Translations under genes and position numbers: made by a program
The notes under the pieces: model-generated
Told to the model about the DNA's origin: nothing
Database searches by the model: none
The model's input: only the letters and a program-made list of their open reading frames with translations
Virus record (IMG/VR): IMGVR_UViG_3300047300_000657
Span: 3,929 to 67,928 of that record
Source of the DNA: a virus
Length of the DNA stretch: 64,000 nt
Strand: one strand, 5' to 3'
Part shown: positions 42,239-53,200 of the stretch, piece by piece
Numbering within the stretch: position 1 is the first letter of the stretch
Layout: each line of letters starts with the position of its first letter

Positions 42239-45082
42239 TTAAGCTCCGATGGCGTCAAGTCTTTCTGTAAGGTTATCAATCTTGTTTGATATCTCTTGAA
42301 TAGCCAACGTTAGTACTGCTGTTAATCTATCGTATGCCAAACCTTCTGTTTCTCCAAGGGTGTTGTAGTTAACAAGGTCTTTCAATATCTCTATTTCTTC
42401 TACATCTTCGGCTATCAAACCAGTTATCAGTGGTCTTACTGTTTCATAGCCTGGGGTATCATCAATATCCTCTTCTTGAACCTTGTAAGAAAACTTAACA
42501 GGCTTTAATAGATTAACCGCATCTAAATATCCCACATTTGTTATTTCAGAAATATTTTCCTTATAACGTCTGCTAGAAGATGAAACTCTAATATAGCCAC
42601 TTGAATCCTGAACAAGAGCTGTTCCTGTTCCTGTTCCTAGTGTATTAGCATAAATTCTTCCATTAGATAAAAATACGGTGTATGGCTGCTGCCCAGTGAC
42701 GTTTGTTATTGTATCGCTTCCGCCATGACCCATAAATACTCTACCGCTAGTTCTTACGTCATTCCATCTGTACGCAGTTGTTCCAAGGTCAATATTTGGT
42801 GATCCAGGCATGTATGGGTAGCAGTGTGATGTCCATCCACCAATAGATGTATTTTTAAACCCTATTGACCCAACAACTAATCCTGTGACTCCGCTTAAAG
42901 ATCCTGCAGTATCTAAATATTGTGATGTATCTGATGCTGTATTTGCAGTTACTCTACCATCAAAGCTTCCAGATGCTGCGCTTAGAGTTCCAGAGAATGT
43001 TGCGCTACCGCTTGAAGATATAACAAATGTAGTTTTTGTTCCGTCATAGGCTGTCATACCAGCGGAGTTTAACATTAAATATGCGCCAGTTGGTGTGGTG
43101 TTTCCATTTGATGGATTAATTGTAAATGTACCGCTACGAATCACAATTCCATTTGAAGTAATTGATGTAATTTGATTACCCGTTGTAGCTATTGCATAAC
43201 CACCAGCTTCTAGTTTTGTGCTTAAGGCTGTAGTTGTTGCATAAGTAGTATCTGTTCTTTGAGTCCAGGTAGAGCCTGTCCATGTTTTTAAAATATTTCC
43301 ATTGGCTGTGTCTATCCATATATCTCCAGCCTTAGTCGCTGTTGGAGTTGTTCCTTGTACAAATATAGCATTTTTAGTTGCAACACTAGTATTTAATGTA
43401 GTTGATGTAACATAGTTATTTTCGACAGTTGTAAGACGTGTATTAAGTGCTGTTGTTGTATTTGTTGTAGCATATCCATCAATTGATGATCCAGTAAATA
43501 CGGCTCCTGTTGCATACAGCACACCTGCTTTTGTTACTCTAAACGGAGCATTGGCAGCCGTTTGGCTTCCAACCCATAGTCTATAAGTTGCGTCGGTAGA
43601 GCTAAGCTTTACAATAGAAGCCAGTGTGCCTGTTGTATCACCTAAAGTTATGTTTCCGCTGGAGTCTAATATTGTTCCATTTTTAGAAATAGAACCTGAT
43701 GTTTGAGAAGTTCCTTGAATATTCCATCCACCAATATATCCGCTTCTTGCATCTAATGCGCCTGTTGCTGATGCTACTGAAAATACCTGGTTGTTACTAG
43801 AGTCATATGCAAATAAACCAGCAGAGTTCATTCTTACCCTTGCGCCAGAGTCTGGTGATGTTCCTGCAAATATTGTTCCTGTTGTTACTTGTACATTTCC
43901 AGTAAACACACCGCCAGTTGCATTTATTTTTCCTGTTGTATAAAGATCTGATCCATCCCAATACAAAAATGCAGTTTCGCTTCCAACTCTAAATTGACCA
44001 GTATTGAGCCAGTAGTTGTGTCCCAAATTTGTTGTAGATTTATTTAAAATTATTCCACTATACGTACCGTTTGTCATGCTTGCTGTAGTGGTAGTAGAGG
44101 TATTTATGTTTTGGCTAATGCCCGTTCCTATTTTAAATAAGTCTGCTGTTTTACCGCCTATAGAGATTATAGATTTTAGTTGTGCCCATGCATCCGCAGG
44201 CATGGTTGAGTCAACTATTGGACCAACTGTTCCTGACTGCGGTGATGCCCATGATATTGCATTGTAAGGGCTCTTTGATGTTACCTGCCAATAATACAAA
44301 GTGTTTGGAATTAATCCAGTAATTGTAAATGTTGTAGTTGCTTTTCCTTCAACCTGACCGTATTCCCAAACTGGATTTTGTGTAGTTGCTGGATTTTGAG
44401 TAGTCCACCTAATCACATACCCTGATGTGTTGTTGTCTGTTTTTGCTGTCCATGAAGCAGTAATTCCTGCTTTAAATCCAGTTACATCTCTTGAATCAAG
44501 GAAGCCAGAAACCGATGCTCCAGTAGGTGCAGTTGGGGCAGTAGTTGTATCTGGATCTGCGTTTTGAGGAGTTACTGGGCCAGCTATAACATCACTCTTA
44601 TTTGCATCCTCCCACTGGTCTCGTGTACGTATTTTAACCCATCGTGGGGCAAAGTTTGAAGTTGGTATCGTTACTGCGGAAGATGTTCCAGTATAAACTA
44701 TATATTCTTCTCCTGCAAAACTTCCTGTTAAACTTTCAAAAATAATTATGTCTGCATGTTCGCTGCCCGCTGGTATTGTAAATTTGATTCCGTAAGATTT
44801 TACAGATGCAGTTAAAACAACATCTGTAACTGGAAGTGTTTTATTTGGAATATCAAAAGTTGTTTGTAGCCATGGTGACAGACCGCTATATGAAATTTTT
44901 TTAGTCTCTGGATCTTCATATGAATATGCTGCTGCAATTTGATATCTCTTGTATGCAACAAGAGGCAAATCAATTGTGTCAGTAAAAGAATTAGCACTTG
45001 TTGCTGCTGCAGCATTAGCTGCATCTGCAGCCGTATTCTGCAGATCTGGAGCAACAGGTTCATATCCTTTATAGTTTGGCAT
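42239..45082 (-). CDS. tail fibre / receptor-binding protein with FN3 domain and C-terminal S74 chaperone
   Basis: FN3 (ITGLIPNTLYYWQV); SSRRYKENI...L.PV.F.YK...GLIAE...L..AIQE. Confidence 0.85.
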   Translation of the reverse strand: MPNYKGYEPVAPDLQNTAADAANAAAATSANSFTDTIDLPLVAYKRYQIAAAYSYEDPETKKISYSGLSPWLQTTFDIPNKTLPVTDVVLTASVKSYGIKFTIPAGSEHADIIIFESLTGSFAGEEYIVYTGTSSAVTIPTSNFAPRWVKIRTRDQWEDANKSDVIAGPVTPQNADPDTTTAPTAPTGASVSGFLDSRDVTGFKAGITASWTAKTDNNTSGYVIRWTTQNPATTQNPVWEYGQVEGKATTTFTITGLIPNTLYYWQVTSKSPYNAISWASPQSGTVGPIVDSTMPADAWAQLKSIISIGGKTADLFKIGTGISQNINTSTTTTASMTNGTYSGIILNKSTTNLGHNYWLNTGQFRVGSETAFLYWDGSDLYTTGKINATGGVFTGNVQVTTGTIFAGTSPDSGARVRMNSAGLFAYDSSNNQVFSVASATGALDARSGYIGGWNIQGTSQTSGSISKNGTILDSSGNITLGDTTGTLASIVKLSSTDATYRLWVGSQTAANAPFRVTKAGVLYATGAVFTGSSIDGYATTNTTTALNTRLTTVENNYVTSTTLNTSVATKNAIFVQGTTPTATKAGDIWIDTANGNILKTWTGSTWTQRTDTTYATTTALSTKLEAGGYAIATTGNQITSITSNGIVIRSGTFTINPSNGNTTPTGAYLMLNSAGMTAYDGTKTTFVISSSGSATFSGTLSAASGSFDGRVTANTASDTSQYLDTAGSLSGVTGLVVGSIGFKNTSIGGWTSHCYPYMPGSPNIDLGTTAYRWNDVRTSGRVFMGHGGSDTITNVTGQQPYTVFLSNGRIYANTLGTGTGTALVQDSSGYIRVSSSSRRYKENISEITNVGYLDAVNLLKPVKFSYKVQEEDIDDTPGYETVRPLITGLIAEDVEEIEILKDLVNYNTLGETEGLAYDRLTAVLTLAIQEISNKIDNLTERLDAIGA

Positions 45083-45083
45083 A

Positions 45084-46034
45084 TTAGAAATTTAATCCTA
45101 GTCTGTATTCAATATCCATTTGCTTACCTAATGTTTTAGTTTGAGGGTTAGAAAGAACTGACCTGCTTATTAAGCCGTAGTCCATTCTAAAACTATCTTC
45201 ATCGTTAATTCTTAGCCCATCAAATAACACAGTTGAGCTGCTTGTTCCATTTGCTTTTACGCCAACAGAAATTTTTATTATCTCTTTTGATGGAGACCCA
45301 GCATTAAATCCGTATGTGTTATCGTACACATCTTTTAACGTAATACTATTAAGCTTATTTCCTGGTGAAGTTGCATCAAATCTTATCTCATAATAATCAA
45401 CATCTGAACTATACAGTCTAATAAATGTATAATCTAGATTTGAATCAGTTTGTCTATACGCTAATGTTAAGCTATCGTTTGATCCATACCCTATTAAATC
45501 AAGGAACGTATTATAAGAGTATTCTTTTATTGCACCCGCTACAGATGCAACAGTCATCCATGAGGAGCCGATTGGTGGAACTGGATCTACCGCCAATGTA
45601 GGTAAGTTGCCTTCGCTGTCAAACCACTCTGTTCTATTTTCAAATGTAGAAATAATTTTGCTTTGATAGTCGGTTGTCCCAAATGTTATTGATGGGAATA
45701 GTCCAACCTCGTTAATAACTCCTGACGCATCAGTTGGCAATGTAGTCTTATAAATAACACCGTACGATGTTGATCCGTCTACTGTACTTGTTTGAATATC
45801 AATGCTCTGAGTGTTTGCTTGAGATCTGTAAAATTCAAATTTAAGCTGTGTGTCATTAACACTTGGAGCTGTTGTCCCTATTCCAATGGCTATATCTTTT
45901 TTATCATTTCCATTAAGTCCAGCAAGCGCTTGTGTTATATATCTTTTACCAAATTTGGTAATTAAATTTGATTCTCTGTATATCTCTTTGCCGTCTTCAT
46001 AAAATATATATGTTCCATTAATATTATTGGCCAT
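45084..46034 (-). CDS. minor tail protein
   Basis: NLIT..G, IAIG.GT...DT.L..E..R, I.EVGLF. Confidence 0.7.
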   Translation of the reverse strand: MANNINGTYIFYEDGKEIYRESNLITKFGKRYITQALAGLNGNDKKDIAIGIGTTAPSVNDTQLKFEFYRSQANTQSIDIQTSTVDGSTSYGVIYKTTLPTDASGVINEVGLFPSITFGTTDYQSKIISTFENRTEWFDSEGNLPTLAVDPVPPIGSSWMTVASVAGAIKEYSYNTFLDLIGYGSNDSLTLAYRQTDSNLDYTFIRLYSSDVDYYEIRFDATSPGNKLNSITLKDVYDNTYGFNAGSPSKEIIKISVGVKANGTSSSTVLFDGLRINDEDSFRMDYGLISRSVLSNPQTKTLGKQMDIEYRLGLNF

Positions 46035-46371
46035 AAAGTTTAACTCCTTTTACTGCTTCCCCTACGTGATTTTTTACATTTACTGTAAATCTCACAAAAT
46101 CATTTCCGTTGCCGTCTCTTATTTTTTCTGATTTAACTATAGTTATATCTGATAAAAATGGCGCTTCAAGATTAACCTCTTCCCCAGATGTTGTATCGTC
46201 TGAGGTATCGTCTTCATCGTCTCCGTCACTTTGAGCAACATCTTTACTTTTTGCATATAAAGAATCGCCCTTAATGACTGTAACAAATTCAGGCTTTAAT
46301 ATATCAATAAGAGGATCGCCCTCTTTTAATATATATTTAGCTTGACGCACATATTTACTTTGATCTGACAT
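46024..46371 (-). CDS. hypothetical tail-region protein
   Basis: 115 aa; leaderless TAGAAT promoter. Confidence 0.65.
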   Translation of the reverse strand: MSDQSKYVRQAKYILKEGDPLIDILKPEFVTVIKGDSLYAKSKDVAQSDGDDEDDTSDDTTSGEEVNLEAPFLSDITIVKSEKIRDGNGNDFVRFTVNVKNHVGEAVKGVKLYGQ

Positions 46372-46388
46372 AATTACATTCTACCATT

Positions 46389-49300
46389 TCATCCAGTATA
46401 AATCGACCTTGCTTTTACCTTAGTGACCCCGCTTAAATCTGAAGGTGTAGAAGTCTCGATAACCACATATTTACCTGCCGATTGGCCCGCTGGCACTGAA
46501 TCCTCAGAAGAATATATTCCGTTTGAAGGATATGATACCTCTACAACATCTCCTATCTCTATAAGAGGGTTAAAGAATGTATCTATTTCAACTACCCTTT
46601 GTTGCTTTGACCATTGCTTTCTAATCCAATCGTGCAACGCTTTGGCTTCTGAATCTTTTTGAATCCAAGTCGAATCAAATGCGATACCTTGTTTTTTATC
46701 TTCTTCGGATATAGAAGAATCAATATATTCAAAAGCATCTTTGGTCTGAACATAGTCCCCAATGACTGTAAATCTTTTTTCTGTGCCGTCTGACAAAGGT
46801 GTAAACGCACCACTATTATTCATGACAAAAACATCTGCTGTAAAAGAATCAAGAGATTTTCCAACAACTGTAACATTTGGGTTTAATATTGTTTGTGTAA
46901 ATTTTGGAAATCCTGGGCTAGAATATCTAAATGTAATTCGCTTTAGTTCTCTTGCTACTGGGCCAAACTCTCTCATCCAAATAGGTTTTGAAACTGCTGC
47001 AGAACCTGAGAATAGGAAATCTGAAAAATATTTAACTATCTTTGAATTAATTCCTAAAAAGCCTTTATATGGATCGTATGATACATCTTTTGCAAAATCA
47101 GAATCTGTAATAGATGTAGCATAAACAAAGTCAAATGAAGTTGCACCTTGCATTGAGCACAATGCAAGCTTGTTTGTAATTTCTAACGGTGAAGAATCTT
47201 TAACTATAAATCTTGTACCATTAAATAAAATTTTAAATACGTTAACTGTGCTACCGCCAGTTGTAACTCTTGCTACCTTTATGTCTACCTTATACAGTTC
47301 TCCGCCATCGATACCAGTTATTGGTGAAGCTCCGTCGCTTGTTTGAGTATCGCCGAGCTCTTTAAATTCACCATTTACAATTTTGTACATGGTGATGTCT
47401 TTATAGTTTTTTTCTTTTGTGACATTTTGCGTGGTATTAATTTGTAAAACATATCCGCTAGTGTTATCTGAATTTAAACAAAATGCGACCCCACCTTTTG
47501 TTCTTTGTTCTCCAGTGTCCTGACCTGCTGCTGTTTTGAGCAATGGGAAATACATGCTGGTTCCTATAGCAAAATACTGCGGTGTTGCAACCGTATAGTC
47601 TGGAGATATAGTATTTGGAGAAACCATTGTGTATTTTTTGTTATCTGTATATACATACGTAGATACACCATTTGCATCAGTAGATGTTGTCTTTTGTGTA
47701 TTCGGTGCAAATATTGTCATCATTGTTCTTGGAACATCTAAAGCAAAATTAACGCCAAATGCGTTGTTAGAAGCAAGAATGTCATCTAGTGTAAATTTTG
47801 TATTATCCACTGAAGAAGATTTTGTTGTCTCGTCTAATATTCTTGCAGTCCATTCTGCCTTTAAGCTAGGAATATTTACTTCGTGTGCAACTGGTGCAGG
47901 CAATACATTAAAAGCATTTCTTGTTTTAATTCTATATTCAAACTCTGGTTTGAATGAATTTGGCTGAGATAGGCCCTCCCACTTGCTTACATCTGCATCA
48001 GAAGTTATCCATCTATATTTTACCGCTCCTGTATCCGCATCTTTATACTGAAATTTAATTGCATCATATTCTATAATTTCTTGATTGATAACCAGATATC
48101 CAGCAAATGAATTAAGTTTTGTTTCGTATCCCGCCACCACTACTGGCTTTAAACTAATTACCCCTAACGGCGCAGCGCCAGATCCATTTAAATCTGGTTG
48201 CGCTGGAGCGGAAGCTGGTAATGTTTGTTGCAAAGAGGCTGCTCCTAAAATAATTATTGGTGCATCATAAAGAGGATCAGAGTTTTGAAAATAAGAAGAA
48301 GATAGTCTTGGAGAATACATTACCTTAACTGACTTTACGCTAGGAACGTCTATTGAGCTTAAACTTATTATGTTTGCTAAATTTAAACCATTTTGAGAGT
48401 ATCTAAATTTAAAATCTGATGTTCTGCTTCTAAATATGTATTCTCTAGTATAAAATTGCAAAATGTTGTTTTCATCAAAAGTAGCAATCATTTGTGTGTC
48501 TTTGCACAAATCCTGTATATGATCCCATACTGTTTTGCCTGGATCTGTGTACCAGTAGTACGGTCTAATGCTTGAAGAATCGGGATCGGCTGAATTAAAA
48601 TTGTAATTGGTAAATCCTATAGAGTCCAGCAATCTTCGTACAATTGCCTGTGATGAAGCATCCTGAATAATAATATCTGGAGGAAAAATTTCTTGTAGCT
48701 CTTTTGCTCCATCCTGAGCTTGAATTGTTGCAGTTCCAAATTCATCTACAGAATACTCTGTCATAAAAAATGTTCCCTGAGAAATCTTATCAGACCCTAT
48801 TTTAAAAAATGGAAACACCATTACATCTTTATAAAATGTTGTTTTGTTTGAATCAAAATAATTATTTGTTTTATCATATAAAACAAAAGATTTATCAAAA
48901 TAATTTAAAGTAATATTTGCAAGATTAGATGTAACTAGTCCAACTGGGACTACACCGCTTGGCTGATCTGAAGCAGTTTTTGTTGTTTCAAAAAACGTTA
49001 AGTCTGCAGATACATCTCTTACATACCTACCAGATATCTCTATTAATCCAACATATCCTCCAGCTATCGTCACACTGTTTATCTCAAGAGTTAGTTTTGT
49101 AATAATAATTGGAGAGCCTGGTGTCGTAAATTCATTTGTAGACCACGATGTTCCGTTATAGTAAAGGTATAGCATTCCATTTGAAGGAATTGATGCTGTT
49201 GAGTTTGTTGCAAGCGTCACCTGTCCTGCAGATGTTGTTGCCTTTAATGACCATGTAGCTGGTAAACCATGTGAGCTTTCAAACTTAATTGCAACTTTAT

Positions 49301-49760
49301 TAATAGCAGCATTTTTGCCTGATGGATAATTTACATCTACTATACAATTAGATAAAGCTGTACCTACTGCCTTAGGAGTTATCCAGTATTTATATGATGT
49401 CTTTACTCCAGGGAAATACATTCTTGTATTAAACTGCTTGTCGGCAGAATACATTATTGTATTTTGAGCACTTGGATCTCCTAATACAAAATACTGAACA
49501 CCCGATTTTTTTGGCCTTCTTGGTTCAATAATTGATGTAAGTGGAAATAACTTTGTAAATGGCTGATAAACACTTCCGTCGTCTGCTGTTTTTACAACAG
49601 TAAGGTTTCCTGCTGGATTGTCTGCAGTACCTGATGGTCCACGTACCGTGACTCCATCTATTAAATCATTCATGTTATATTCTAACCAGCATCCAGACTG
49701 GACTGAGATAGTATCTGATTGATTTATTAGGTCTAAAGTTGATTGGCTAACAGATATCAT
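46389..49760 (-). CDS. large minor tail (baseplate hub-like) protein
   Basis: position after the distal tail gene; FDE...L.F..R and NPLIE.GD.V motifs. Confidence 0.75.
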   Translation of the reverse strand: MISVSQSTLDLINQSDTISVQSGCWLEYNMNDLIDGVTVRGPSGTADNPAGNLTVVKTADDGSVYQPFTKLFPLTSIIEPRRPKKSGVQYFVLGDPSAQNTIMYSADKQFNTRMYFPGVKTSYKYWITPKAVGTALSNCIVDVNYPSGKNAAINKVAIKFESSHGLPATWSLKATTSAGQVTLATNSTASIPSNGMLYLYYNGTSWSTNEFTTPGSPIIITKLTLEINSVTIAGGYVGLIEISGRYVRDVSADLTFFETTKTASDQPSGVVPVGLVTSNLANITLNYFDKSFVLYDKTNNYFDSNKTTFYKDVMVFPFFKIGSDKISQGTFFMTEYSVDEFGTATIQAQDGAKELQEIFPPDIIIQDASSQAIVRRLLDSIGFTNYNFNSADPDSSSIRPYYWYTDPGKTVWDHIQDLCKDTQMIATFDENNILQFYTREYIFRSRTSDFKFRYSQNGLNLANIISLSSIDVPSVKSVKVMYSPRLSSSYFQNSDPLYDAPIIILGAASLQQTLPASAPAQPDLNGSGAAPLGVISLKPVVVAGYETKLNSFAGYLVINQEIIEYDAIKFQYKDADTGAVKYRWITSDADVSKWEGLSQPNSFKPEFEYRIKTRNAFNVLPAPVAHEVNIPSLKAEWTARILDETTKSSSVDNTKFTLDDILASNNAFGVNFALDVPRTMMTIFAPNTQKTTSTDANGVSTYVYTDNKKYTMVSPNTISPDYTVATPQYFAIGTSMYFPLLKTAAGQDTGEQRTKGGVAFCLNSDNTSGYVLQINTTQNVTKEKNYKDITMYKIVNGEFKELGDTQTSDGASPITGIDGGELYKVDIKVARVTTGGSTVNVFKILFNGTRFIVKDSSPLEITNKLALCSMQGATSFDFVYATSITDSDFAKDVSYDPYKGFLGINSKIVKYFSDFLFSGSAAVSKPIWMREFGPVARELKRITFRYSSPGFPKFTQTILNPNVTVVGKSLDSFTADVFVMNNSGAFTPLSDGTEKRFTVIGDYVQTKDAFEYIDSSISEEDKKQGIAFDSTWIQKDSEAKALHDWIRKQWSKQQRVVEIDTFFNPLIEIGDVVEVSYPSNGIYSSEDSVPAGQSAGKYVVIETSTPSDLSGVTKVKARSIYTG

Positions 49761-50218
49761 TATACCTCTTCCAAAGATATACTGACGTCCCAAAATTCTT
49801 GTGGAGTTGTTATGCCGTGGTCCTTAACATTTCTTTTTGTCATGGTCATTGAGAAAGATGCAAAAAATGCTGTAAAAATTTCGTCTCTTCCAGCAACGCC
49901 GTTATATGAAATCTTTACCTTAAATGAACCTTTACCTTTATTTAAATAAAAAGATCTTAAGTCTTCTGCTCCGTACCCGCCATCGACGGTCATTGTTGTG
50001 TAAGATGGAAGAGTATTCCATGATGTCGATATTGCTTTTTTGTCTGCAATATAAAGCTTACGCAATGATCCATTTGCCATTCGTTGGGTCTGCTCATGAC
50101 GATACGGATCTAAACTTATTGGGGCTCTATTATGCTCTGAAAGCTTTTGCCACGTTGGTGTAGAGGTTGACGATGTGTCAATATATAAAGCTGAGCCTAC
50201 TGGTAATACTAATGTCAT
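49760..50218 (-). CDS. distal-tail-like minor tail protein
   Basis: follows tape measure; RMANG.LR...K; C-terminal LEEV. Confidence 0.7.
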   Translation of the reverse strand: MTLVLPVGSALYIDTSSTSTPTWQKLSEHNRAPISLDPYRHEQTQRMANGSLRKLYIADKKAISTSWNTLPSYTTMTVDGGYGAEDLRSFYLNKGKGSFKVKISYNGVAGRDEIFTAFFASFSMTMTKRNVKDHGITTPQEFWDVSISLEEV

Positions 50219-53200
50219 GATCTCTTCACCCTTATATTTTTAGATTCACCAATCATCATCTTATTTGATTTTGATGCATTTTGAAAAACATCTATTGCTG
50301 CTGCTTTAGCCATGCTGATTAATTGAGCTTCATTCATTCCATCTGTAGCGTGAATATGTTGTTCGTATACCATATTACCATACTGTTGTCCTGATTGTCC
50401 AGTCGCCATTAAATTAGAATTCTTTATATCAAACCTCGGACTTGCATAAGGTACTGAAGATATATTTGGAATGACCATATTTTGATAAATGGCTTCCATA
50501 CCTCTGTCACCAACAATTGTTAACTTGTTTGGATCAATCTTCTGTAAACCATATCCAGCCTTAACTACTGGTACATTCCATCCAGTTGATGACGATGCAT
50601 TTCCAGAGATCTTCCATTCTTTGCCCGACTTATCCTTAAATTTTGTTCCTACTGTTAAAGGAATTCCAGCGTTATTCAAACTCATTGGGCTTACAGAACT
50701 TGTTGTTGTTTTTGAGGTTCCAAATCCTACAGTTGTTGATACAACAGAAGAACCTATTGATTTAACGCCTCCAGATTGAGGCATATCTACTTTTTTGCCG
50801 TTGATATATATATCGCCAGAACCCATTTGAATTCCATTTTTTTCTAGTCCTGCTGCAATTGATGCTGCAATTCCGTTCTTTGGATCTGTCATTAAATCTA
50901 AACCTGATTGAACAGCTGTCTTACCCTTGCTTCCTGGAACTACGGTTACTCCGCTTCCTGGAGTGTATGTTACTGTTGAGCTAGTAGCACCTTGCCCAGC
51001 CGTAGTCTTGATTCCTGCACCTCTAGCTGCTGCCTCAACTCTAGTTGCTTGTTTTTGAGCTTCTTTTGATGACTTTACATATTCTTCTAGTGTCATGCCA
51101 GCTGCTGCTGCATTAACAGCAAGTGCTGTCATTGCGTTGTTTACTTCATCAATCTTCTGTTTTTCTTTTGCAATCTTGTCATTTAGCTTTGCTAAACCTT
51201 CTCCAGCTAAGGCTGCTGCGTCACCCATCTTTTCTTGTGCAGCATTGATTGCATCAATCTTAGCCTGTAAAGGTTTATTTGCAGCATCTCTTGCATTCTC
51301 AATAGCTGATCTTTGAGAATTGTATTGCATCTCTTTCTGGATACCCTGCATATCAAGAGATAGTTGTTGGGCTTCTGCAGTATTTCCAGTTGCTACTGCT
51401 GCTTCGTATGCAGCTCTCTTCTTTTCAAGTTCTCTGGCAAGGTCTCCCTCTTGTTTTGCAAGGTCAAGAGCCTTTAGTCTTGATTCAGCAAGTTTATTAT
51501 TTAAATCAATTTGTTTTTGTAGTGATCTTAATTGATCTCTTGTGTTAATCTGTTGTTGTACAGAAGCACCCTTTTGAGCAGCAATTAATTTCTTTTGTTG
51601 TGCAGTAAGCTTTTCTAAATAATCATAATTGGATTTTAATAATCCTTCTTTATTTTTTGTTTCAACAGATGAACTAACGCTATTTGCCATCGCAAGAAGA
51701 GCTGCTGTTTGTTTAGCATTTAATTCTGAAAGATCACCGCTGTAGCCCTTTGCCTGCAATCTAACTTTTTGCCATAGGCTCAGAACTGTATCTTGGGTAC
51801 TAGCAAATTTTCTAATTAATGGGTTTTGTTTAGCTAACTCATTAATTGTTTCTTGTGTAATTTTTGCGCCAGAGCCCTTAGCTTTATTTATTTTTTCTGT
51901 TAGCTGTTGTTCTGCTTGAAGCTCTGTTAATACCTTAGTATTTCCAGTCTTGTCTTTTGCAGCAGCTTTTCTGCTTTTTGAAATAATATCTTGAACAGCA
52001 GTATCCATTGCTGTCATTGATGTTTGAACTGCGCCAGCGCCTTCACGTCCGCCCTGTCTTGCAGATCTTGAGTAGTTTGAAACGGATGAAACTGCAGCTG
52101 ATGAGGCATCAACAATCTTAGTAAACTCTGGGCTACTTACAGTTGCAAGTAAAGCGCTTGCAGATTGTTTTGATACTTTAAACATTGCATATATCTTTTT
52201 AGTAGCTTCTTCTGAACTCATTCCTGCAGCTATAAATTGATTTTTTAAATCAACGGCAACATTTTTTAAGTTTTTGTCACCCTTGGTTTGATTGATAAGC
52301 TTAATCTGGTCAGCAAAAACATCTTTGACTTCTTTTTTGAGCTTCTTGTACTCTTCAATGGTCATCTCTATTGGTTGATTTGCAGACATTAGGCTTTCAT
52401 AAATTAGTTGATTTTTTTCTCTTAATGCCTGTGCAGATTCAACAACAGATTTCATGGCTGCATTATAATCTTTAAACTTAAGTCCTGCTTTTTGTGCAGC
52501 ATCTGCAGTTAAAGAATACTGAGTCATTCCAATTCTTAAATGTTCATTATGGTCTCCCCAACGCTTTATTCCTATAGCCAAAGCAGCAGTTACTCCAGCT
52601 ATTGCTAAACCTGCTGGGTTTATCAGCATTGGTAGCTTGCTTAATAGACCACCCATTCTTCCAAGCACTCCAGCAAATTTTCCACCGTTTGCACCTAAGG
52701 AAGCAAGCTTTGTAGACATCTTTTCCATTCCAGGTAGTGGTTTTGTAATTGCAGATTGATTTGAGAAGAATGATCCATTCTCCATTCTTGGTCCTTCTAA
52801 ATTACCTGAACGTTTCATTGTAGGCATTGATGCACCAGCAAATGGTATTCCACCAAGCAGTGTTGAAAGAAGCATGCCTCCCATCATTCCGCCCATATCT
52901 CCGCCAACCTTTGAACCTAATGATGATCCTAATGGGAATCCCACTGAAGATAATACTCCAGACATGAGCATCTTTCCTATTACTCCGCCCATTCCATAAC
53001 CCACTGGGCCTCCATTATTGAATCCAAACATCTGTTGTCTTACCTTCTTAGTTGATGGAGTCCAACCCTTAGCATCCCAACTCGTATACTTTTCTCTAAG
53101 AATTTTTCTATCAATTTGTGAAAGTCTTTTATCTCCACTTGCTAATGTAGAACGTGCTGCTTGTCTTATCATTAGATCTAAAGTTTCTGGCTCAACCGCT

